Shown here piece by piece: positions 48,401-57,667 of a stretch of 64,000 nt of DNA (positions are counted from its first letter, which is position 1; the number at the start of each line of letters is the position of its first letter). The notes beneath the pieces were generated by a model that did no database searches, was not told where the DNA came from, and was given only the letters and a program-made list of their open reading frames with translations. Source of the stretch: Promethearchaeota archaeon (GTDB lineage Archaea; Asgardarchaeota; Lokiarchaeia; Sigyniarchaeales; SOKP01); contig JAEOTP010000016.1 in NCBI GenBank assembly GCA_016839765.1, positions 1 to 64,000 of the forward strand, written 5' to 3'. A program made the translations under genes and the position numbers.

Positions 48401-49859
48401 GAAATCAATGATTGTTCATAATGATGATTATTATAAAAATAAGGAATTAAACACTTATATTGATACTAAGCTTTTGAAATTTCATCAAGAAAAAATTGGG
48501 AAGATTTTAGCACTCTATGATTCAGGAGTTAGAAATAAAAAATTAGCAGTTAATATACTAGAACTAGAGAATAGAATCAAAGAATATTCAGATTTAGAGA
48601 ACAAAATTAGAATTCAATATGAAGATAAAGTAAACCAACTTCAAATTATTGAAGAGAGAGAAGAAAATCTTAACACTAAAAAAGAACTAGAAAATATAAT
48701 AACAAATGGAAAGATGGCAATTCAAAAAATAAAAGCCAATTTAAATTTCTTTAATGAGTTCCAAATTTTTATTTCAGAAGAATATAATTTATTAACATTA
48801 GATTTTGTGAATAACCTTATCAAAGCTTTTGAAAATATCGAACATTTTGGTTCTTATGTAAAAGCTATTGAACATTTTGAATCTAAAAAAAGTAAATTTG
48901 ATGTTAAGGTAAAACATATTGAGGAAAAGATTAATGAAAAACTAAAAGGGTCACTAACTAAAAATTCTAGTTTCAAACGGCTCGAAACTGAAATAAGGGA
49001 GTTTTATGTCCTCAAAAAGAATGAATTTGGAGCTTTTTACAAAGCTAAATTGGATAAAATCAATGAAGATATTAATATATTGAAGGATGATACCTACCGA
49101 AGTGAATTATTAGACAAAATAAATAAAATAAAAATACGTTTAAGTCAATTATTAGGAACACTTCAGACTAGAGTTGAAGATTACATAGAATATAAAGAAT
49201 TTAAAAGAGCTCATGTGAAAGTACAAAAAAGAGAAAAGAAAATCGAGGTAGAAATTAGAGACGTTTCAAAAAACATAAAAAATTTAGTTAGAGAATATGA
49301 AAGAAAGTCAAAGAATTTCGAAACTAAGAATAGGTATTTACTAGATGATTTTGAGCAGTTTATTAAAGGTTTTCATGATTTAATGAATGAAAAAGTTAAA
49401 TCTCTAGATGAGATGATAATCAAATCATATGTTTCAATGGCGATTAAAGCTGTGGCAGACCAATATTTGACAATAAGCTTTTTACAGAACGAGTTAAAAA
49501 TAAAGAAACAGAAAATTCAAGAGCATTTAATTTCTTTAATAAGTTCAGGGAAATTAGAAGGAAAATATGATCCTCGTATTGGATTGTATTATGAAAATCC
49601 AGATCTATTAGATAAAGTAGATGAATCTGAACTAGAGGTTATGAAGAAAATGAATTTTAGATTTTATATGTTCTGGAGGCGCCTAAGGAGTTTTGCAAGC
49701 CAAAACTATAGTATATTTGCATTCCTAGCGGCAATTTTATCTATTACCCTCTCATTATTCAATTTTACCGGTCCAGCTATATTTATACTATTATTCGTTT
49801 TAGTAATAATACTTGCTTTATATCTATTAATTAAACGAAAAAAGCAAGAAAAAATCTGA
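45453..49859 (+). CDS. 1468-aa protein: degenerate prenyltransferase-like repeats, coiled coils, wHTH/PCI-like modules, two C-terminal TMs
   Basis: PDIWSLYYAL, QKYDGGF...DDTFW; long heptad-rich region; LQNELKIKKQKIQEHLISLISSGKLEGKYD; hydrophobic hairpin at the end. Confidence 0.7.
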   Translation: MSNVEKKTAYPYITEFKREPFESFVLIDRKKIGSFHLSYYNKIINLYQSKVKTLFKEPSLDLEYLYWFLLLGKYLKEDLTTQKHEFYAFIKNCEVDILEKHQISFKLNPQSKAVPDIWSLYYALSSLHILGLLEEYLLSKGSNDLVRKVKNFIYEHKKGEIFLHCLDKQCDIHKKPFSSKTFYYILEILTLIGSDVRVFKEQFRIYLNSRKKIPSMLFKYLSLKYLNLDLEVKDKELQYFHQFQKYDGGFNFSNGEGNIDDTFWIIYTFDHFSWLMDYNPARIYSFINENIQTLFESSNEQASLIFLNLSKVTILLSFIWKKFIGEIERLIFKEIEKNGFVDIKHIKTAFGLTHGIEEIILYINLSYNFKLKIISNTLEFNNFLITLNDGLKVIANEICNQLKENSIISLSDILKNYKSSYHFESLKMKEDIIPLINDMMEKNFFKGNIRTKSKFLGKSKYYFYLDFLLDDVITSDMKINTEKVLEEKEKLGDIKNDIYNMTLILKNTSTQIKEEIESYLLLDEIDYAKERLRFILRNALLEADFLNENIENSFSQDMRYINIQAVLATEINQWKKAYSIMQKKLNAVEKYLKEKISEKEELKKFNVILDELNNRIFEIGEFIKKELDSFRKYFREKLESGFINDKYNLIIGEFNKISNYVEKYDHTIYKISQQITIKEEKVFKKHKGIIDNWVNLKEEFESIFNYYAEGFKFFEQTIEKIDGINDETEKEISYIKQKADEKISQNQFKEAFEIIKKDSESLLNQKIKEIKDLKIIVLNQIKANQKLFLLFQYLKEKLDVIEESIINLVAEQVQSLKDEVLEERNRAKIEDFDNFISEQIQRFKIRLKFYKTKLSEAKSIKIKDVIDGFDRIIIELDDKYKIFLKKLNNLKTIIQNFDQNSITVIQWENFYDYLTTEINNLKENHVNQIIISEIEIWSKEKKTNKVDITELANKLNLKCKSVIPLIKEMIEFSKIEGDLNEEKKSMIVHNDDYYKNKELNTYIDTKLLKFHQEKIGKILALYDSGVRNKKLAVNILELENRIKEYSDLENKIRIQYEDKVNQLQIIEEREENLNTKKELENIITNGKMAIQKIKANLNFFNEFQIFISEEYNLLTLDFVNNLIKAFENIEHFGSYVKAIEHFESKKSKFDVKVKHIEEKINEKLKGSLTKNSSFKRLETEIREFYVLKKNEFGAFYKAKLDKINEDINILKDDTYRSELLDKINKIKIRLSQLLGTLQTRVEDYIEYKEFKRAHVKVQKREKKIEVEIRDVSKNIKNLVREYERKSKNFETKNRYLLDDFEQFIKGFHDLMNEKVKSLDEMIIKSYVSMAIKAVADQYLTISFLQNELKIKKQKIQEHLISLISSGKLEGKYDPRIGLYYENPDLLDKVDESELEVMKKMNFRFYMFWRRLRSFASQNYSIFAFLAAILSITLSLFNFTGPAIFILLFVLVIILALYLLIKRKKQEKI

Positions 49860-49882
49860 TTTTCAAATTATATTGACTCTTC

Positions 49883-52036
49883 TTATTCACAATCGGAAAT
49901 TAATTGGACCATTTCAGCTTGTTTATTAATATAACCTAAATAACATGCTTGATTAAAATGTATATAAAATTTATCGTCATAGATCTCTTCTGCGCGGGCA
50001 AGATCCTGAAATGCTGAAAAGTTGAGTATTCCATTTTGCCCATAAATTTTTATTATATTTATGAGAGTTCTTATATTCTTATTTATACTATGATTTTTTT
50101 TCTTAAATTGATTAATTTTGCTTCCTTTTATTTTTAATAAAGATTTTTTTAATTTACCTTTATCTAATTTAATTAAATCATTGATATGTATTATTCCATA
50201 TTCTTTAAATTCTTGACATTCATTACTTTTAGCAAAATTGTCAATTTCTGTAATAATATCTTCAAGCGAACGATTAGCAAGAATTAATTTTTCTCTCTCT
50301 CTACGTTCTTTAAAATTTTTGATAAAATCTAAGTTATCAACATAAATTATTCTTTTTTGAAAATCAATTTCATGCCTTTCAAGATTTTTGCTTAATTCTA
50401 AAGTTGTGGGTTTTGAAAGAATATAATTCATTGTCTTTTCCTTTCGAGTGGCAACTTTATGAAAAGGCACATCTACAGTTCCTTCAGTAATAAGGATGTA
50501 GCATCTACCTGAAGATTTTCTTCCAGTTCTTCCTCTTCTTTGAATTAAACGAATTTCAGATGGAACGGGTTCATAGAAAATTATTGCATCTACATTTGGA
50601 ATATCAAGACCTTCTTCTGCCACACTAGTTGCGATTAATATATTGATTTCTCCCGATCTAAATTTATCAAGAATATCTAATTGCTTGTATTGAGAAAATC
50701 CAAAATCATTAAACTTAGATGCTTGACCAATAAATTTCTCTACTTTTAATTTTGTTTTAAATTGATTTGTGATTTTATTTTTTAGATACTCTGCCATTTC
50801 GCGAAATTGGGTGAAAATTAAGATTTTATGATTGTTGTATTCTTGAAATTCCTCTTGAATTATTGATATCACTTTTTCTATTTTAGGATGAGATAATTGC
50901 TCATCTGATGTATTTCCTAGCAGATTTTCTATGAATTTATAGTGTTCTGAATTAATAATTCTTTTTGCTGATAATATATCCTTATCTGACTTTGATTTTA
51001 TTCTTTCTAAGAACGATTTAAATAAGGAGTAATTTTGGGTTTCAAGTAAATCTTTACCATGAAGAAGACTAATACAACTAGAACAATAAGAATAAACGGT
51101 TTGAATGTTAAGCGCTTCTTCTCTAATTATATCAATAACCTTTGGGACTTGATAATATAATAAACTGATATAATCTTCCTCTGATAAGTCAGGTTCATAC
51201 CCGTTTTCATATCTTAATGATAAAGTTAAATCTCGAGCGATTCCTAGAAACTCTACTTTTGAATAATACTTTTTATTGGGGACAATTAATTTCCAATCGA
51301 AAAATAGTCTTAAATATCTCTCAAATAAGTTATACCAAATAGCACTAATTTCCAAAACCTTAATTGGAACATTTACAAACTCTAAAAAAGTATTAATATT
51401 ATAGATGTATTTTTTTACATCCCCGTCATCATAGGATTTGAAGATAACATTTTCAATGAATAGATTATCACATAATTGTTGGATGCATGAATAATCTTTA
51501 CCTGGAGATGCTGTTAATGCTAATATTAATGGATCTGAACATGTATTTATATATTCATTTGAAATGAAATTATAAGCATAATTGCCTTTAGTTCGATGTC
51601 CTTCATCAAAAATTAATAAAGAGATATGTTTTAGATTGTATCTACCTCTTTCAATATCATTTTTAATCACTTGAGGAGTAGAAATTATCACTTTTGAGTT
51701 ATTAAATAGAGTTATTCTTTTTTCTGGCTGAATTTTTCCTGTAAATGCAGTAATCTTTTCTATCTCAATATCTAAAAATTTTTGGCATGATGATTTATGT
51801 TGAGAAACTAATGGTCTAGTGGGAGCTAAAATTATTATTTTTGACTTTGGGTACTTTTCTAAAGATTTTGCGATGAGTAAAATGCCAATAATTGTCTTTC
51901 CTAAACCAGTTGGTAAAACAACCAGAGTATTTTTATTGGTACATCGTTTTACAATGTTCTCTTGATAGTGTCGATAAATTACTTTGTTCTCTTTCAAGAA
52001 AGATTCATTAAAATACTCCAGTTTTTGACTTTGCAT
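49883..52036 (-). CDS. Hef/FANCM/Mph1-like SF2 helicase lacking an ERCC4 nuclease domain
   Basis: LPTGLGKT, APTRPLV.QH, DEGH, LTASPG, ATSVAEEGLDIP, QRRGRTGR. Confidence 0.9.
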   Translation of the reverse strand: MQSQKLEYFNESFLKENKVIYRHYQENIVKRCTNKNTLVVLPTGLGKTIIGILLIAKSLEKYPKSKIIILAPTRPLVSQHKSSCQKFLDIEIEKITAFTGKIQPEKRITLFNNSKVIISTPQVIKNDIERGRYNLKHISLLIFDEGHRTKGNYAYNFISNEYINTCSDPLILALTASPGKDYSCIQQLCDNLFIENVIFKSYDDGDVKKYIYNINTFLEFVNVPIKVLEISAIWYNLFERYLRLFFDWKLIVPNKKYYSKVEFLGIARDLTLSLRYENGYEPDLSEEDYISLLYYQVPKVIDIIREEALNIQTVYSYCSSCISLLHGKDLLETQNYSLFKSFLERIKSKSDKDILSAKRIINSEHYKFIENLLGNTSDEQLSHPKIEKVISIIQEEFQEYNNHKILIFTQFREMAEYLKNKITNQFKTKLKVEKFIGQASKFNDFGFSQYKQLDILDKFRSGEINILIATSVAEEGLDIPNVDAIIFYEPVPSEIRLIQRRGRTGRKSSGRCYILITEGTVDVPFHKVATRKEKTMNYILSKPTTLELSKNLERHEIDFQKRIIYVDNLDFIKNFKERREREKLILANRSLEDIITEIDNFAKSNECQEFKEYGIIHINDLIKLDKGKLKKSLLKIKGSKINQFKKKNHSINKNIRTLINIIKIYGQNGILNFSAFQDLARAEEIYDDKFYIHFNQACYLGYINKQAEMVQLISDCE

Positions 52037-52280
52037 GTTAAGGAAAACTTTACATAATTCTATTTAAAAGAGACAACTCTGAAAGATTTTTATAAAATAG
52101 GGTAGAATATTATTTTAACCAATTGACATAATTTTTGAGAAAAATGACAGAAACTAGTTTTAACAAGTTAACTTGTTAATTGAAATTACCATCCTAATTA
52201 TAGCTTTAAATAATATCTTCTCTAAATTATATTTAGAAATATTAGATATCTAATTTTAATTCAATAGAGTTTATAGAATC

Positions 52281-53618
52281 ATGACTGAATTTGAAGATAT
52301 AAGAGATACTGAAAGTAGTAAAAAAAAATATTTGATTTTTGCCTCACCTAGATTTGGAGTAAATATTACTGCAACTATAGTAGATTTTGCTTTACTCACT
52401 CTTTATAGTATTGGCTTTAACTTACCAGCTTGGCAAGTTTTATTGGCTACTGCTATAGGAAAGTTGAGTATTGCTGCTTCTCAATTTCTTTTAGGTTGGA
52501 TAAGTGATGCTAAATATACTCGATGGGGAAGGAGAAAACCATATATACTAGTTTTTAGTCCACTTTTCGGTATTTCATTCATATTTCTACTATTACCCAA
52601 CTTATTCATTGATAGTTCTGATTTAATCAGTTTGTTTATATGGTTTTTAATATGGAACATAGCTTATCAAGTTAGTTATGGAGTAACATCACCTTACGAA
52701 TCATGGGTGGCTGAACAATTCAATTTATCAGAGCGGCCGACGGTCTCTCAGTATATGAACATTTTTAACTACATTGGGGTGGGTATTGCAACTGTTTTTA
52801 CCTTTACTCTCTTAAAGTCTTTTAAGGATCAAATTGAATCTAATCCTGATATTGTTCCCACCGAATTCTTAATCACAATTTTATCTTTTGGTGCGATTTT
52901 GATAATCCTCTTTTACCTCATCGTCTTTTTCTTCCCAACTGAACCACATTATGAAATTAAATCATCATTAATGGAAAATTTAAAAGAGATAGTAAAAAAT
53001 AAAAATTATATAATGGTAAACTTAATGCAAGGGATAGCTAGTATTGGAATTGCCATTGTTGCTCCTACTATCCTGGCATTTATAGAGGCAATCTTAGATT
53101 TTGATACAACGGAATATATAATTGGCGCTGCAGTTTTAGTCTTAAGTATTTTGATTTTTCTTTACATATGGAAAAAACAGATAGAAAAGAGAGGTAAGAA
53201 AAAAACCCTCTTGATTATTTTTCTTTGTGCTGCTGTAATTTTGCCTTTTTCGTTAGTAGGCCTTATTCCAATGCAAAATACTTTAATATATGGCATATTA
53301 TTCTTAATTGGGATCGCACTCTCTCTTGGTGGCTGGTATCTTTTTCCTTATATTATGTATGCTGATTTAGCAGAAGATAGTGAAAAAAAAACCGGTGAAT
53401 TAAAAGCAGGAATATATAAAGGATTCTCAAGTATTTTATTAAATATTTTTCAAGCATTAGGTTTAGGACTTTCAGCAGGAATAACTTATCTAATAGGTGA
53501 TGACTTATTTTATGTATGGTGGGGTCCTCTTGTCGCTCTTATCCTACTATTTTCTTACTTTTTTACGAAAAAGTATATTACTCTAGACTTCGAATGGGAA
53601 GAAAAACAAAGAAAATAA
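52281..53618 (+). CDS. MFS transporter (MelB/GPH-like)
   Basis: GWISD..YTRWGRRKPY; about 12 TMs. Confidence 0.88.
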   Translation: MTEFEDIRDTESSKKKYLIFASPRFGVNITATIVDFALLTLYSIGFNLPAWQVLLATAIGKLSIAASQFLLGWISDAKYTRWGRRKPYILVFSPLFGISFIFLLLPNLFIDSSDLISLFIWFLIWNIAYQVSYGVTSPYESWVAEQFNLSERPTVSQYMNIFNYIGVGIATVFTFTLLKSFKDQIESNPDIVPTEFLITILSFGAILIILFYLIVFFFPTEPHYEIKSSLMENLKEIVKNKNYIMVNLMQGIASIGIAIVAPTILAFIEAILDFDTTEYIIGAAVLVLSILIFLYIWKKQIEKRGKKKTLLIIFLCAAVILPFSLVGLIPMQNTLIYGILFLIGIALSLGGWYLFPYIMYADLAEDSEKKTGELKAGIYKGFSSILLNIFQALGLGLSAGITYLIGDDLFYVWWGPLVALILLFSYFFTKKYITLDFEWEEKQRK

Positions 53619-53711
53619 TAAATCTTTTTTTTTAATTTTTATTTAAGTTAATGATATCTTCTATCTTTAAGCTCTTTGAAACAGCTATTAGATAAAAAAT
53701 AAGATGATCAA

Positions 53712-55292
53712 TTAAATTTTAACGGTGATTTTTGTCGGTTTTTGTTTTTTTCTAGTATAAATGATATTTTCGATTTTTTTATCAGATTTTTTAGGTATGA
53801 ATATTGTATCGGGTATTCCGTGTTCCATAAATTCTTTTAATTCATCAGAAATTATCGATTTACTCATTCCCATTGAATGAAGCATATCATTTCCGCTTTT
53901 AATCACAGTTTTAGCAAAGCGTGGTATATTTCGGCCCATCCAATTAAATTTACCAAAAGGATTAGTATATCTTTTTATGAGCATTTGAAGCCAACCCTTA
54001 CTAAGATAATATGCAGAATATGCTTCGCCTACTAAGTTATACATTTCATTAGTTGTTAATTGTTCTGTACGCATCATTGGATGAAATAAATCATAATACC
54101 TATAATCCTTAGTTGTAACCATTTTTTTTTCCGACATTTCATTGTAGAACTCCGTTCCTGGAAATGCTGTAATGGGAGTAAATTGAATACAGGTTAGATT
54201 AAGGGATCTTGCAAATTGAATATTTTGTCTTACCATCGTTTTAGTTTCACCTGGAAATCCAATAATAACACCTCCAAATATTGAAATTCCCTGGTCTTGA
54301 AGCATAGATACAACATTTTTAATCATTTCAGGAGTAGTATTTTGTTTATTCATCGCATCAAGGCTTTGTTGGTGAACTGATTCAATCCCTAGAAAAACTT
54401 GTCTCATGCCCGCCTTAGCCATTAAATCAACTAACCAAGGATTTCGATATAATGAATCAACTCGGGACTGGCAGGAAAAAAACATTTTATTTGGGACTCC
54501 CGAACGAATCATAGTTTCGAGTATTTTTTTTGTCCGTTTTATTTTAATAGTAAAATTATCTTCACAGAAAAAGATAAAATCGTTTTTCCAATTAATATCA
54601 TAAATTTCTCGCATGATTCTTTTAGTTGATTTTGTTCTATAAGTTACAGATTTATTTGAATTCCTCCACATTTTAATAATGCAACAGAATTTACAATTAT
54701 GAGGACAACCACGTGAAGTTTCAAGTTGAGCTACTCTTGCACCTAAATAAATATATTTTGCATCATCTAATAAATCTCTTCGAGGCATTGGAAAGTTATC
54801 TAAATTACTTTCTAATTGACGCTCTTTATTATGTTTTACTATTCCATCTTTATCCTTATATGATAAACCATCAATTTGATTTAATAAAATATTATTTCGA
54901 TTACCGTCAAGATAATCAATTACTTCTTTAAAAGTATGTTCTCCCTCACCCCGAATGGTGAAATCTACGTCCTTATGCCGTGCTACAAATTTGGGTGCCA
55001 AAGTAGGATGATATCCGCCTAATATTGTATGACAACCTTGTTCTTTAGCCATTTGTGCGACCTCAAATGCGTGATATATTTGAGGTGTCATACTTGTAAT
55101 AGCTACTACATCATATCGGTTTAAATCACTGCGAAATCTCTTTTCATGATATTTATCCACTTTAAAATCAAATAATTTTGCATCATGTTCAGGAACCATT
55201 GCAGCGATGGAAATAAGGCTTAAAGGTGCACCCTTAATAATAGCATCCAACCCTGATTCCAATCGAGCAGGATTAACGTAAAGAATTTTCAT
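53712..55292 (-). CDS. B12-binding radical SAM protein
   Basis: GGYHPT, GEGE, TSRGCPHNCKFC, GIES, PGT. Confidence 0.92.
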   Translation of the reverse strand: MKILYVNPARLESGLDAIIKGAPLSLISIAAMVPEHDAKLFDFKVDKYHEKRFRSDLNRYDVVAITSMTPQIYHAFEVAQMAKEQGCHTILGGYHPTLAPKFVARHKDVDFTIRGEGEHTFKEVIDYLDGNRNNILLNQIDGLSYKDKDGIVKHNKERQLESNLDNFPMPRRDLLDDAKYIYLGARVAQLETSRGCPHNCKFCCIIKMWRNSNKSVTYRTKSTKRIMREIYDINWKNDFIFFCEDNFTIKIKRTKKILETMIRSGVPNKMFFSCQSRVDSLYRNPWLVDLMAKAGMRQVFLGIESVHQQSLDAMNKQNTTPEMIKNVVSMLQDQGISIFGGVIIGFPGETKTMVRQNIQFARSLNLTCIQFTPITAFPGTEFYNEMSEKKMVTTKDYRYYDLFHPMMRTEQLTTNEMYNLVGEAYSAYYLSKGWLQMLIKRYTNPFGKFNWMGRNIPRFAKTVIKSGNDMLHSMGMSKSIISDELKEFMEHGIPDTIFIPKKSDKKIENIIYTRKKQKPTKITVKI

Positions 55293-55591
55293 TTTTTTTT
55301 AACTTTTTATGTTGTTATTTTTTGTTAAATTAACTCTTTTCACTCATTAGGAGAAAATTTAAAACATAAAATTAATTAATTACTATTATAAAATAAATGA
55401 TCCTTAAAATAATTGTTGAATCTACATAATTGTTGTTGATTCTATATAGAAGTTTTGTGACAAAACGTCTTAATACTACTTTTTTGAGCTTCTATCAATA
55501 TCCTACTGTAAAGTATTTCAAATTAATTTTATAGACAAAAATATAAAAATCAAATTGACTTACTTTCTTGTAAACTTTGTGAGATGATGAT

Positions 55592-56023
55592 ATACCTAAT
55601 ATAGAAAGAAAAATTGATGTTAATGCTCCACCTAACATAATTTATGATTGTTTGACAGATATCTCCCTAATTCCTAAATGGAATTCTACCGTAAAAGAAA
55701 TCACTCAAACTGGACCAAATGAAGGATCTATCAAATCAACTAGTGGAGATTATACGTTTACTATTATAGAACGAAAAGAAAATGAAATCCTCACAAGTAC
55801 AGCAGAAAGCGAGTATTTTACCTCATATGGATATGTTTTAAAGGCGAAGGGTGACTTGACAGAAGTATCTGCATGGATTAATTATAAAATCGTAGAACAT
55901 GAAGAAATATTAGGAAGAAGTATACTATTCATTTTAAATGACTTAAAGGAGTTTGCTGAATACCTTGAAGATGGTGGAGATCCAGATGAATATGATAAAA
56001 AGAAAATATTAGTAAGCCATTAA
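55592..56023 (+). CDS. SRPBCC/START-fold protein (ORF track starts at 55652; fold extends to ATA 55592)
   Basis: IPNIERKIDVNAPPNIIYDCLTD...PKWN...LNDLKEFAE. Confidence 0.75.
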   Translation: MPNIERKIDVNAPPNIIYDCLTDISLIPKWNSTVKEITQTGPNEGSIKSTSGDYTFTIIERKENEILTSTAESEYFTSYGYVLKAKGDLTEVSAWINYKIVEHEEILGRSILFILNDLKEFAEYLEDGGDPDEYDKKKILVSH

Positions 56024-56033
56024 TTTCGCCCTC

Positions 56034-56471
56034 TTGTTTGAAAATTATATTAACAAATATATTTATTTGCACTTTTCTTATCTAGATATATTGAGATATC
56101 ATCCAGAAACCGTCGAGAAATTTTTATTTAGTTTGCAAAATACAAATTCAGCAATTAAGGGAGTCATTTTGCTTTCTGTCGAAGGTTTACCAATTGCATC
56201 TACTCTATCTAAAAATATTAATAAAAGTCAGTTATCTGCTCTTTCTGCTACAATATTAGCAGTAGGAAAGAAAGGAAATACTGAAATGGCTAATGGAGAA
56301 TTCAATCATTTATATATTAAAGGATCTAAAGGGGGTGTTTTGGTTTTTCAATTAAGTAAATTTGAGGTAATTGTCGTACTTACGAAAGAAAATGTTAACC
56401 TAAAAACGCTCCTAAAAAGTGTAAGTAACTTTCAATATGAGGGGCATACTTTATTTCGTCTTGAACATTAA
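56034..56471 (+). CDS. Roadblock/LC7 domain protein
   Basis: GVILLSVEGLPIAS...LSALSATIL...IKGSKG; true start likely downstream. Confidence 0.85.
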   Translation: MFENYINKYIYLHFSYLDILRYHPETVEKFLFSLQNTNSAIKGVILLSVEGLPIASTLSKNINKSQLSALSATILAVGKKGNTEMANGEFNHLYIKGSKGGVLVFQLSKFEVIVVLTKENVNLKTLLKSVSNFQYEGHTLFRLEH

Positions 56472-56571
56472 GATAGAGGGAGTAAATTTAAAATTAAAAA
56501 AAAACATAACAAAATTCAAAATTAAAAAAAAATAATGAATTAAATTTAAGATATTTTGTTTCCTATTTACT

Positions 56572-56781
56572 TTAGAAGTATTTAATGGCTAAAAGGATGT
56601 CGTCTCGAGTTACTTTCTTTCTTTTTGAATGCTTTGTTAAACTCAAGGCAGATTTAGTTATTTTTTCAGCTGCCATACCCATCCAATCAACTAGTTCATC
56701 CACTGCGTCACGGGCAACAATTATTGCGCCATTATGTTTCATTAATCTTCTAATAGGACTCCAACTAATATATTCAGACAT
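56572..56781 (-). CDS. Archaeal histone
   Basis: PIRRLMK..GA..VARDA...HSKRKKVTRDD histone fold; GGAGG RBS. Confidence 0.92.
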   Translation of the reverse strand: MSEYISWSPIRRLMKHNGAIIVARDAVDELVDWMGMAAEKITKSALSLTKHSKRKKVTRDDILLAIKYF

Positions 56782-57220
56782 TTTCTATTCCTCCACTTTT
56801 TTATTATTATATTGATATTTTTATTGATTTTTGTTATTATTTAATGGTTAGTTAAATAGTAATATATCTTCTATATATTTAAAGATTTTGATGCATACAT
56901 GATTTTATGAGGAATAAAATGAAAAAAATATCACGACAAAATTCAGAAATGGTAAAAAGATCAATCTCGTAAAAGTTAGATTTTTTTTATGGAAATTAGA
57001 GTTTCGTTAAATATTAAAATTATAAGATATAGTAAGATGTCTATTTTCTTCCTCTTTCACTAAACCATGTTTATCTTAAGAAAGATAAAAAATTTGATCA
57101 AATTCTGAGATGCTCAATTAAGAATTTTTGTGTTTTCAATAAGTTAGTAAGTTTCAATTTATATGGAAAAATTGAGGCGAATTAATCAAGTTAATTAAGA
57201 TTATCCATGAGTTTTAGGAT

Positions 57221-57586
57221 TTGATTGATATGAGGAAAGAAATCAAAAAAGATTTTATTAATCTCGATTTTTATGAAGGTTTAAGGGCTTATTTTAGCAG
57301 CGCTTATACATTTGATCAATGGGGATCGACTTGGCAATACGATCAATTGCTTTTTGTTGATGGATATGTAATTTCATCCGATTTATATTATGATTGGACT
57401 TTCAATGACAAATTAATAACTCGTGTATTATAGGTTGCTCACTGGGATGATGTTCCTGATAGAATTTATCAGTATCTCCTAGAATTGGAGGTGTCTGGAG
57501 TAATATCCTACGGAAATTTCTTTTTAGTGTTTGCAGGGATTACAATTATCTCATTAATTTATGTCTATAAAAAGAAAGAGGTTTAA
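57221..57586 (+). pseudogene. Remnant of a C-terminally anchored surface protein with in-frame TAG (57431-57433)
   Basis: Frame continues after TAG: VAHWDDVPDRIYQYLLELEVSGVISYGNFFLVFAGITIISLIYVYKKKEV* (TM + basic tail); no signal peptide. Confidence 0.65.
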
Positions 57587-57667
57587 AGTTAAATTAATTC
57601 TCTTTCTTAAATTTTTTTTTCGTAAGCTCTGAAGATAAGATTATAAAAATAACAAATTCTTAAAAAA

